Shown: positions 13,400 to 24,500 of the stretch, piece after piece
Position numbering within the stretch: the stretch's first letter is position 1
Layout of the letters: each line of letters opens with the position of its first letter
From: Vicugna vicugna
Lineage: Eukaryota
Reading direction: 5' to 3'
Length of the DNA: 64,000 bases
Assembly: GCA_013265495.1 (NCBI GenBank)
Contig: MU058781.1
Location: 1,034,963 to 1,098,962 of the forward strand
Notes under the pieces: generated by a model
The model's input: the letters and a program-made list of their open reading frames with translations, nothing else
Databases searched by the model: none
What the model was told of the DNA's origin: nothing
Program-made: the position numbers and the translations under genes

Positions 13400-13650
13400 G
13401 AGATAGATTTTCACGCTGACCTGTTCCCGTGAAGCACTTCCAGGCAGAATTACGCCTTTCCGGGCGCGTCCTTCCGTCTCCTCGCCATAAGCTGCGACGG
13501 CGTCGCCGCCCACTCTGCGGAGCCCGCGCCCGCGACCGGAACCCGCCGCCCGCTCGGCGACGCGCGCACCTGCAGAACCCGAGACGCTCACATGGAGCTG
13601 CGCTTGCTCTTTGCCACGTCAGTGTAACGAGTGTCACTAAGCGCGCAGTA
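13400..13650. promoter_or_regulatory. Small intragenic CpG island overlapping an OFCC1 exon
   Basis: Dense CpG and high GC with sharp edges against AT-rich flanks; contains CCGGAA and GCCACGTCA motifs. Confidence 0.6.
13421..13569 (-). CDS. OFCC1: Probable OFCC1 downstream coding exon, very GC-rich (GARVAERAAGS...RARKGVILPGSASREQ)
   Basis: ttctgcag acceptor and CAG|gtcagc donor; 149 nt, phase 1 to 0, in frame with exon 4. The 49 full codons equal the length of the recalled human segment ETLNSEAPGS...RSQKTIILLGSSPLEQ, with matching AxGS and RxxKxxILxGSxxxEQ. Confidence 0.65.
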
Positions 13651-14645
13651 ATTTAACCATTCTTTCCTTATATGAGATCAAGTTTCATGTTTCATCATCG
13701 ACTATTTAGTAAATTATGTTATGTTTAATGTGCTGAGAAATCGCTGAAGCCCAGAACAAGTTTTAAGGTTAAAAACTAAGCACACTGCCAACAACCTTTG
13801 TTCATCCTGTCACGTCCCCAAAGCGCGCAACGTACAGCTGTGCTTTAAAGATTTTTTCCCACTTACCAAATACATCCTGAAGTGTAGACACTGTGCTCTT
13901 CTGCGCATTAATACTACGTGCTGTTTACATCAGTATTTACCACGTACTTGCTGTTTTGCTGAAACCAGCGTGGGAGGTGAATAGGTTTCAGAGAAGCCCA
14001 GAGTTCTCGGGCTCGTTTCCCTAATTAGGATCCCTGAGAACTGTTCCCAAGCTCCGCACAGACAGGAGGACTTTATTTGGCCTGCCTTGTTTGTTTGCAT
14101 AGAAATGCCAGCATTTATATAAATGGTATGTGTGTTTTACTTCTCCATTATCTGAAAACAGTATCTACAAAATGTATCTACTCATCTAGCTAGATGCATG
14201 CTGTAAATATAAAATAATCCTCTCTCTTCCAGTCTCTAAAAAGAAAAATGCTGGAAGGTAAAATATGGAATTTTCCATGCCTCCAATGTTAGAGTTTTTA
14301 ACAAGAACCTTGACACCTTTAACCAATGGAAGAGAGCTTTTTTTCAGAGGGAAATGAGGTAGGGTATTGGAAAGGTCCTGACTACTCTATAAACTCCGTA
14401 AAACTTTTGTGAGCTCATAAATGATGCTGGAAGTCCTTTCAGGTGCTACCTGTAAGAGCTACCTGTGCAGCTTGGTGGTTTCAAGGAAAACAAACAGCAA
14501 AGAGTCATCAGAATAGAAGGGACATGTTAGGTATAAAAGTGCATTAGTCAATGTCTAGCACCAAAAGAAGGTATTCAATATATATTTGCTGACTCAGATA
14601 TTATACTACAAATATAGAGGCCTGACTGATTTAAATATAATCATT

Positions 14646-15189
14646 TGTGATGCCTAATTTTATGTGTCAGCTTGGCTAGGCAATGGTGCCCAGTCATCTG
14701 GTTAAGAACCATCTAGATGTTGCCATGAAAGTGACATTATGATTAACATTTAAATCAGTAGACGTTAAGTAAAGCAGATTACTCTTCATAACGTGGGTGG
14801 GCCTCATCCAAACCATTGAAAGCCTTAAGAGTAAAGACTGAGATTTCCCCAAATAGAAGGAATTTGGTGTCAAGACTGTAATGTAGAAAATCTGGCCTGA
14901 AGTTTTGGCCTGCTGGCCTGCCCTGTGGACTTCAGTCTCAAGAATGCAGCATTACTCTTACCTGAGTTTCCATCACGCTGTCCTGCAGAAGTCACACTCA
15001 AGACTGTAATTTCAACTCCTGCCCGAATTTCATATCAGCTTTTACCCGAATCACTAGCCTGCCAGTCTGCCCTAAGGATTTCAGAGTTGCCAGCTTCCAC
15101 AAACATGGGAACCAAATTCATAAAATGAATCTCTCTCTTTCTGTTGGTTCTAGTGAATTCTGCTTCTCTGGAGAATCCTGACTAATACA
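14646..15189 (+). mobile_element. ERVL MLT2-like solo LTR
   Basis: tgtgatg..aattttatgtgtcagcttgg start and ctctggagaatcctgactaataca end; near-TSD tcatt/tcctt. Confidence 0.88.
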
Positions 15190-17749
15190 TCCTTTGAATT
15201 AGAACCTCTCAAAATGAGGGATCGAACTGGCTTGAAAAACAAATTTGCTTGGTTCACAAAGTCAAAAGGGAAGAAAACACAAACTAAGAGCAAAAGAGTA
15301 AAGTGGGGGGATGAATCTAGGTGGATTAAAGGGTGCTATTCTGTAAATGGGGATCAAAAATGGAATCTAAACTTGAGGGCTGTTAAGAGGTTTAAATAAA
15401 TAAACGTTAACTTATTTAGAACTGTGCTTAAGACTGTGTCAGGCACCGAATAAACACTCAATAAACATTTAGCTATTATTAATATTTTTATCATCATCAT
15501 CAATCATCATCATTATTCTATGTATGCGCTGTGCCTGCTCATGTAATAATCAATAATTTAATCCCCATAACTACTCCATTGTGTCAGGTATTATATGTCC
15601 ATTTGGCAGAAATGGCAAAGAAAGCTTAAGAAATGGGCCCAAGGTCACACAGCAAATGGTGAAACCTAAGCATAAATTCAATAGAAATAATACCTGTAAC
15701 TATTAGAAGACTTAACTATAATCAGCCCGTTCTAATCACAAGTACTGTAAAGAGTTATTTTAATAAGTGAGAAAAAGTGATTGAGAAAAACTGAACACAT
15801 ACTGAAGGAAAAAATCTTAACAGAATTATTCCCCATGGACTTGAATATATGTGTATACAGCAACCTACATTTGATGCTTAATAGTGAAAAAAAATTGAAT
15901 GGTGGTGGTAGATTATTTACACTGAAAAAGAGTCATAAATTCTACTAAACATTGAAAGTCATCTAACCTATGCTACTGTCCTTTCTACAGTGACGTCCAG
16001 GAAGCTCAAAATAAGAGTAGACACTTAACTACAGCTGTAATGTTGCTCTGTGTTTTTCTCTACTTTTACTTCTTCCTTTTGTAGGTGTTCTCAAGTCCCC
16101 TTGGCATCTTTATTTGAACTTGGCTTTGACCATATACATTTATGTTTCTATTATAAGCTGTCTCAAATTATTTGGGAAGCAAGTAGGATATAAATTATAA
16201 GTAAAAATTTAAAAAAGAAAAGAAAACAAAGCTGAACCAAAGTGAAGACAGATGGGGCAAGCAAGCCTGTGGGGTGTCCCTCAAATCCTGCCACACTGAA
16301 CGCTGTGAACCCCACCTGTGCTCAGGCTGGGTCTGCTCAGGGCCCAACCCAGCAACACTTAGGTCTCTGCATGGTCTTCAGCCCTGGGCCTGAGAGAATG
16401 TGGATGGACAGCTTGTGCTAATTAGCACTGTCTGTTCCTCTAAGTGGGGTAACTTGTATACCCAGCAAAAAGAAAAAGATGACATCATTTATTTGGGGCT
16501 TAACACTTGATTGTGGGCAGATGCAGAGAGAGCTGCCTGCTCTATAATGTGGACCCCTAAGTTAACCAGAGGATCTGGGCAATAATTGCTGACCAGGGAA
16601 GGGTGACCAACAGGATTTTGTTTCATGAAACTTGCCTGTCCATGATTACAGCTATTCTTCATTCATTCAACAAATCTTATTAAGTCACCTTTCCTGAATG
16701 AAGGAGTCCTTGCATTATAAAAATTCCACCAAGTGTAACTATCGTGCTCTCCAAGAAATTAAAATAATCTTCAACTGGTAATTCAATCAGTACTTCTCTC
16801 CAGAATTCACTGGGATTGTTTCTCATTCCCTGGAGTGTGTTTGGGTAAATAAAGGTGGAGCTTTTCCAATTTCCGATTCATTCCAATTTTGAGCTACTGG
16901 TGAAAACTCGTCCTGAGAATAAGTCCTTCCCTTATTTTGCACATATGTCTCTTGATGATATCAGTGGATTCTTCATCATTTAAAAATATATTTAGTTTAC
17001 TGAAAACTGTCTTTTAAAATAATCTTGGCACCATGCTTGAACCGTTTTATTTGTGAGGCTTTAACCCAGATTTTCATTAAAAAGTGCAGATCCAATGACT
17101 GAAGCCCAGTGGTGGAATACAATCTTCTGGATGGCAAATGACTCTAAGTAACATTTGTCACTGTCATTATCTCCATAACCTTTGCAAACCCTAGAGTGCT
17201 TTGTAAACTACCAAATATGCACAGCGGCAGGGCACATAAGGAGTAATTTCAAATTGTTATTTTACAGTCACAATTAGAATCAAGATTAAAGACGAGGACA
17301 TTATCACAACACTGCACCTTTGTGGTTCAAAACTTAAGATGGTGGTTCCATACTGTCAATAAAAGAAATTCAATAGTCACTGTGTACAGAAATCTCACAT
17401 GCTAGATGAATTTTATTGAAGAACGCTCATTTTGAACTTGAAGAGCTGAGATGGCGTTTGTAAAGTGATAATGCTCCTCATATGCATAACATGGGCCTCG
17501 TAACGGCCCGAAACTGCTTACAGCAGCATCAAAGGAAAGCACGTTCCCGCTTCCTCGCTCTGGCCGGCTTGCCGTCCTTGATCAAAAACTACCTTTGCTG
17601 CCCATCCTGTCGTTAGCGGTTAAAACTTACCATTTAAATTGTAAGCTGCAAGATCTAAATGGAACTGCATGTGTGATCTTTGTCACCTCATTTTCATGAA
17701 TGGAAAAGAATATTCTGACACAAAAATTACATACTTAATTCCAGCTCAC

Positions 17750-17836
17750 CCTCTCCGCTGACCTCCATCCCACACTGCCTTGGGTTTATTTCCTCATCCA
17801 TCAGTGGGTCAAAGTAATTTCTGCTGTATTCATTTC
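17750..17836 (-). CDS. OFCC1: OFCC1 coding exon 4 ([29 protein letters not shown])
   Basis: ctttccacag acceptor and G|gtgagc donor; 87 nt, phase 1 to 1. Matches recalled human [22 protein letters not shown]. Confidence 0.92.
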
Positions 17837-18269
17837 CTGTGGAAAGTACATGAAGTAAGGGTCAGTGATTATTAGAAGCACATGAACCAAAATGTTAATT
17901 TTGAAATCGACACCAGCACAGAAGGGCCATTTTAGCTACTTTATAAGCTTAATTTTTTTTACAAGTCTTCCAGGCTTCCCTTTTTTATAATTATCGTCTT
18001 GCAAAAGGTCACTAAAGGTAATTCAAGAATCAAGTTCATGCTATCTGTCTGTTGCTAAAAAATTAATGAGAAAATTTTCAAATGGGGACTTCACAATAAT
18101 AATTTTAAAATGTAATCAAAATTATTTTTAGGACATACTCAAGGAATGGACATCACTGGATTATAATGATGTTCAGAGTTACCTGACTCTATTTACGCAA
18201 TTGTATATAATTCACTAAGTATATTGTGTCATCGTGTCCAGAATTCTGTAGTCAACTCAATAACATCTT

Positions 18270-18391
18270 TTTTGGGGGGGGAGTAATTAGGCTTATTAAT
18301 TAATTTATTTTTAATGGAGGTACTGGGGATTGAACCCAGGACCTTGTGCATGCTAAGCATGCAATCTACCACTTGAGCTATGCCCTCCCCC
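18270..18391 (-). mobile_element. tRNA-derived SINE, camelid Vic-1-like
   Basis: Minus strand reads ggggagggcatagctcaagtggtag...ggttcaatccccagtacctcc (A and B boxes); ~14-bp TSD ctcaataacatctt/cttaataatatctt. Confidence 0.8.
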
Positions 18392-18469
18392 CTTAATAAT
18401 ATCTTAATTATGAAAATCTATAGCAAAATTTCCATGTTGATAGCTGAGTAAAAAGAAAAAAAGAGGAAG

Positions 18470-18540
18470 GGGAGAGGGTGAGAGGAAAGAAGGAAGGAAG
18501 GAAGGACGGAAGGAAGGAAGGAAGGAAGGAAAGTAAGAAG
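18470..18540 (+). repeat. (GGAA)n purine-rich simple repeat
   Basis: Seen directly. Confidence 0.9.
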
Positions 18541-21500
18541 GGTATGTTCACAGGTCTCTTTGGTTATGTCAACTTAAGTAACATGAGGGAAAGTACAGAT
18601 GATTTAGCCAGAAATTTTACTCAAGACACATCAACAACTTCAACAACACACACCAAAAATTCTCACTTCACATTTCCCGCTTTTGTCCTTATGTTGATAA
18701 CCAAACTGTAGCATCAAATATGACTTTATAATAGAGAAAAAGGTCTGTCATCAATTTTCCAAATCTAGTTTCATACTTCGTGCAGACCGAAATATGTATA
18801 TCTGTTGCCAGTAATCTGCATTTAGTAAAACGTAACTTACTCTGACGGTAACTCCAACACTGCAAAAGCAATAATGCTTGGTTGACTGCAAACAACATTA
18901 ACTCTGCAAGTATTGCTCACAGGGAAAGGTTAATGTATATCAAGAATACTGTTGATACTCCATAATATATTTGTTTTAGGATCAAAAATAATCCAAAGAG
19001 CAGCTCTTTTCCCAAGACCAAATATAATTTTGATACGAACCTAGGCTTAACTTGTTTTTCTGGACTGGCACATACTTGCCGTCAATCTCTGTTCTATTGC
19101 TATAGTAAGTACAAGAACTGAAAATCTACTTTAACTTGAGGTCTCAGTAAAGAAAAAATAAGTGAGTTTCATTTTTGTTACTTTATCTATCAACAGCTTC
19201 TAGGCTGGTGTGAATCTTGGCAGTATGCAAGCAGAGTCTTGTGCGCTGAACTGCAGTGACACACCTGTTCAGCCCCAGTCACTGTACATTGTTTTTCTCC
19301 CCTTTAACACAAAGCACTGTGACGCTCTAAGCACACTCTTCCATATGCTGGCAAAATAATTCACCTGTATTAGAGAAAAATGGTGGTGTATTCCTTATAG
19401 TAGTTCCATGGCAGCATGAGTCAACTGCTGCTACCTGGAAACTCCCCCAGTCTAACTCAAAACTCCCAATTCCTTGTCTACTGAAGTGACTCATTAATAA
19501 ATAACACCAGGTTAGTCAGGTCCTTGGAGAAGGAATCAAAGTGAAGTCATTTTTCTAAAAGTCTGGGGAAGTTTATTCGGTTTGTAGGTTCTCAAACCAT
19601 TTTCATCCCTGCTGTCAGCTGAGAAATTAGGGTCTTGCCCAGCTGAGTAGGAAGGAGGCCCACACACTGGGCGCCTTCCAGAGCCTGTCTCACTCGGGGC
19701 TCGATACTTCCCCACTCAGCTGGAAGATGGGCCCCTTAAAGGTCTATGGATGGTTTCAGAATCTATGCAAATTGCTCCTGCCACATTCAGTATGGGTTGA
19801 GGCACACATGCAAGTCATAAATGCCACCACTGGGGTGATGTATTTCATACTTCACATTCCAGGATACAGCAAATAGCATTTTATGAGCAAAGAATTATGA
19901 GGAGTCTTGAGCAAAGAGGCAATCCAGATTCCCTTTAAACCTCCTCAAATTCTATATTTTATTACATTATCTGTTTGTACGACCTCTGTAACATTACACT
20001 TGCTATTGTCTGTCTCCTGCACTAAAATATAAGCTCCATGAGGGTGAAACATAATCTCTTTGTATACTGAAGCCCCCTCAGTGCCTAGAATTGTGTCTGG
20101 CCCTCAGAGGTGCTCATAATACCGTCTGAATTCATCTGCTAAATAAACCTTTGTTTAGAGACCTTTTGTAGTAACAAAATTCTCCCACCAGGGAGACGTT
20201 CTTTCTTGATTAAAAATGAGCCAAGAGTCATCACCTTTTTATCACGTTTTATTCCTCTCTTCCTTTCTGTTCCCCATCCCCTCCCTTCTTTCCTTCAAGA
20301 CCCTCTTTCTTTTGCTTTTTAATTGAGTCCTTCTAGGAACCAAACACTATGCCTGGATTTTCAGAATGAATTGAAAGTGGTGGCTCTGCCTTCAGAGCAC
20401 AGGGCACTGAGAGCACAGGGAAGCTAAACGTAGTCAGTCTGGCATGATTTAATATTGTGGTAAAGGACAGAGTTCTGTTTGAGTGAACGGCAGGAGCATC
20501 CAGCCCACTCTGGGGATGTCCAGGACTTCCTGCAGAAATTACTACCTGAAGTAAGTTTGAAGTGTGATTAGGAAAGCCATATCAAAAATACAAGGGAAAG
20601 GAATTTTTATTGGAAGAAGTTTAGGCCAAGGAAAAATGGCACAAGGGCATAAAGACATGGGCGGCATGTTCTGTGTTAGCGGATGTTCCCCAGTTATTCT
20701 CTGTCTCCCGAAGTTACAATATAGTAAAGTAAGTAATGGAATCCCAACGCCCTCACTAGTCCCAGCAGTGAGTTTTTAACTAATGTTTTTGCTCAAATTA
20801 TGATTAAGTTGTACAGTGTCCATTTATGCTGATATGACGTTTCACATTCATTCAATTATTTAAGCAATATTTACTGAGTGCTTATTATGTGAATATATCA
20901 GTAAAACAAAACATTCAAAAATCTCTCCCCTCACAGAGCTTACATTCTGTGAGTGGAAGAATAGAAGCAAACAAATATGCGTATTTTATGGTTTTCTGGA
21001 TGGTGATAAGTGACATGAGGGAGAAACAGCCAAATAAGGATGGTCTGGCAGCCCAGGGAGGGGTGGGGGTTGCACCGCTTGCCTGTACCTTTGTTTTAAA
21101 CTAAGAATGACCTTCATTAATTGTTCTCAAGACTACTGAGATAGTGAAGCAATAAAAAAATTGTAATTTATTATTTATAACTTACTACTATTTTGCCAAT
21201 TTCTTTTGTAACATAAACCAGCCAATGACTCAAATAGGAACCTGTTATTAAATAGTCAAATAATTCTTCCTTTCTATTGTTATATCTTGCCCTGATAGGC
21301 CAATAACCTAAATACAGTAGGCAGAGTTCAACATGGTAAAGCACATGGAAACTACTATAAATTTGGAAACAAAAGACTTCACGTTAACACTAGCTCCTTT
21401 GCTGGTGTTTCACTGGATAGTGTCAGGATTTAATAAAGTGAGATAGTTTTAGGAGAGGGTATATATTACCAGAAGGTAGGCTGCTAATAGGATAAATTCC

Positions 21501-24500
21501 TAAAAGTGTCCCAATCATTCAGAATATGCTTTTGGATATGTCTAAAATCATCTCACAGGGAAACCAGCAGACCCACTGAGAAATTCAAAGTAGGGCACTT
21601 AGCAATATACATACAGTAGGTCTGAATATGAGTGATATTTAACTGTTTGTTACATCGAGATGAATAATCTGACAACTGCACGCGCACACACATATACGGC
21701 TCTACACGGAAGTAATCAGGTGTGATACATAAACCAGTCACTCAGTAACCTGGTCTTGTCTATGCTCTCAATACTCTTTGTTTCCAACTTCCTGGAATGA
21801 GCCGCTCAGTGTTTAGAATCAGCCTCAGTTAGTGCACTTCTTGGGCTGTTTTCACTGAACTGGGGGAGGAAGAGGCACCCACTCTGCCCGTCCACACATA
21901 TCAGGTTTTCCTATCCTTTGACTCAGAGCAGCATGGACTGTAATCAGGGCTTTTACTTAAATTACACTGCACGTGAACTTTGGTCAGGAAATTCTCTGGT
22001 GTGCACCCATGCAGTTCCTCGGGGGCTGTAAGAGCGAGAATGAAATTGCCCACCAGAGGAAGGTTAGTGTGAATCATGAAAGCGTCTTGACTCAACGAGG
22101 CAACCACTTCCTTTCAAATCAGCCCCATTAGCTCGGGAGGGAGGGGATCTGAATGCATCTATCCACTTCTCAAGAGGTTTCCTGGCTCCATTCTTGTCCT
22201 TTTCCTGTGAATCCACCTGCTTCAGCTCAGCTTTTTATTACCAATCATCACGTTTTCTATAATGGACTATAAGTTAAATAAACACAAGGCCTTCACAGAA
22301 AGTAAATAACTAAAGCTACATTCTATGATTACAGCTGTGCATCAAAATTTTACAAACTAGGATATTCTCCTGAACATTATTCCTTTAAAAGGCACGAAGC
22401 CTAGATATGTATAATTAAATTAAACTTTATAAATAAATTTGGGAAAACTTCATGTTTTCCCCACTTTGAAAATCCAATACAAAGATTTCAGGTTTAAATG
22501 TTCACAAGGTCAGGCAGTTTATATATACGTATGAAACATCAATGTGGAAATCAGGAGGCTGGAATAAAATGCAGGTTAGTGGGAACTATGTCAAACGCAA
22601 ACATGCTGTAGCTTACTAAATCCACTCAAATACTATTTTTATAGGACCGATTGACAAACTTTTTAAGTTAATTGCAACTAAAGATACAGGATGCTTTTTA
22701 ACACGATAAAGAATAATTATCTTAAACCAAAGTCTTCTTTATACTAAGCAGAAAAACAAAACTACAGCAAACCCCAAACAAACCAAAAAAACACTAATGA
22801 TGAAAACTCAAACTATGACTCGATGTCCACGATCAATGTTTCTGTCCAATATTCTTCTAGAAATCTCAGCCAAAGCAAATAGGACAAAAATAAGGAGTAA
22901 CATGAGCTGAAATTATTGAAAATAGTTCTATTTTGTGTGAATATTATTTGAAGACAATGTTTCCATACCATGAAAATTTAAGAGACTTGACTGAACGTCT
23001 TTTAGAACAAAGACAATATTATTTGAATAATACTTTGAAAAACAACCAGATAATCATTAAAAAGCATTCATTTTTCTAAATATCAACAATAGCCACTTAG
23101 GAGATATAATGAGTAAAGAGAAAGCCAACACCCACAATAAAGCAGCAGAAATGTCTCAGAATTAATTTAGTGCTATTAGATTTTCATAGGAATCCCTAGA
23201 TGGTCATCCAGAGTATTCACCTTACTCAGAAACTCAGACAGAAAGGCATGAGTTTTTAACAACAGAGTTAAAAACAGAAAATTGGTAACACTTCCCTTTC
23301 CTTTTTTACAGAAAGGCTAACCTGTGAAAACTGGTCCACTGCTCACATTATATTCAAAAGTTGGTGCCCTGTTGGACAAATTAGCTTTCTCCATTGCTTA
23401 TTCTTACTTCCTTTCCAAATCTTGTGGGTATTTGAGATATCAGTGATTTGAAAATCTAAATAGGGTAATAGTTGAAGTTTGCTAACAAGTACTAATTAAT
23501 TGAGCCATATTCTTTCTTCCCCTAAGGCCCTCCCTCATGGTAAATTACGAGGCATTTTAACGTTCAAACCACTAGAGAGCTATTGCGTGCATAATTGCTG
23601 CAGGGCTTATCCGACAGGACCCCACGGCATTAATGCATCACGTGCTCCTCTGGACCTGGAATCCTCCGAGTTAAAGCAGGTCCCCAAGTACCTAACTTCT
23701 AAACAGGAAGATCTTTTCGTTACTTAAGTAATAATGATAATTCAAAGGTTAAGTATAAATATATTTTTTTTAAGCACATTTAAAAGTCCTACAAAAGTAA
23801 TACCAAAATAAGGGGTTTTTTTCTTTTTAGTTGAAGCCTGGCAACATTATCCTACATGTAAATAAGTTTATGTATACAGTTTAGAGTATTGCGTTTCAAA
23901 TTAGGAAGGCCCTGCTATTAGACCACAATCACCCCTCTAATATTTCTGGTTGTGCCTTCATTCATTTAATAACTGTGTCTTCCTCATGGATCTACAATTA
24001 CTCATATTCATGTGTTGTATTTCAAGGTTCATTCAAGTACTAGTGTTTTCATCACACTGTAGCACACTTCCACGTGAAAGCAATCAATATAATGGATTAT
24101 TAGATTTAGTTTAAACGATCTTAATTAATAATACTTGCTCTTAAAAACCTGGTAATTTATCAACAACTAAACTCTATGTCTTAGAGCAAAGGGTTCAGGT
24201 CTTCCCATGGGTCTTTTTTTTATAAGGTTTTTGGTCAATCTGATGAAGGCTAAGGAAAATTTTATTTACTATTAAATCTCTTTAATAGGAAACAAAAAAT
24301 ATCTGAAAGAAACTCTAAAAGGAATTATTTGGAGATTAAGGACTAACTTATGCTAAAAAGATACAATACTAAGGTTATGAAACACTTTTCTAGTAAAATT
24401 GCTCCTAAAATGGAAATGCAACTGTTACAACTCCAGTCAACATGGTGGCCTCTCGAAGTCTGAAGTTTAAGTGGAATTTCATTGATACAGTGTAACTTTA

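Noticed and set aside
13867..13920. 54-nt phase 1-1 cassette exon (ARSINAQKSTVSTLQDVF) before a strong gtaagt donor
   Set aside because: Poor polypyrimidine tract and no homology I can confirm.
17540..17665. FDQGRQAGQSEEAG as the orthologue of the recalled human FDESRQGEPQDESG exon
   Set aside because: No compatible acceptor/donor pair, an upstream in-frame stop, and similarity within what chance could give over several kb.
18315..18391. tRNA gene
   Set aside because: The A and B boxes belong to a SINE head with AT-rich tail and TSD.
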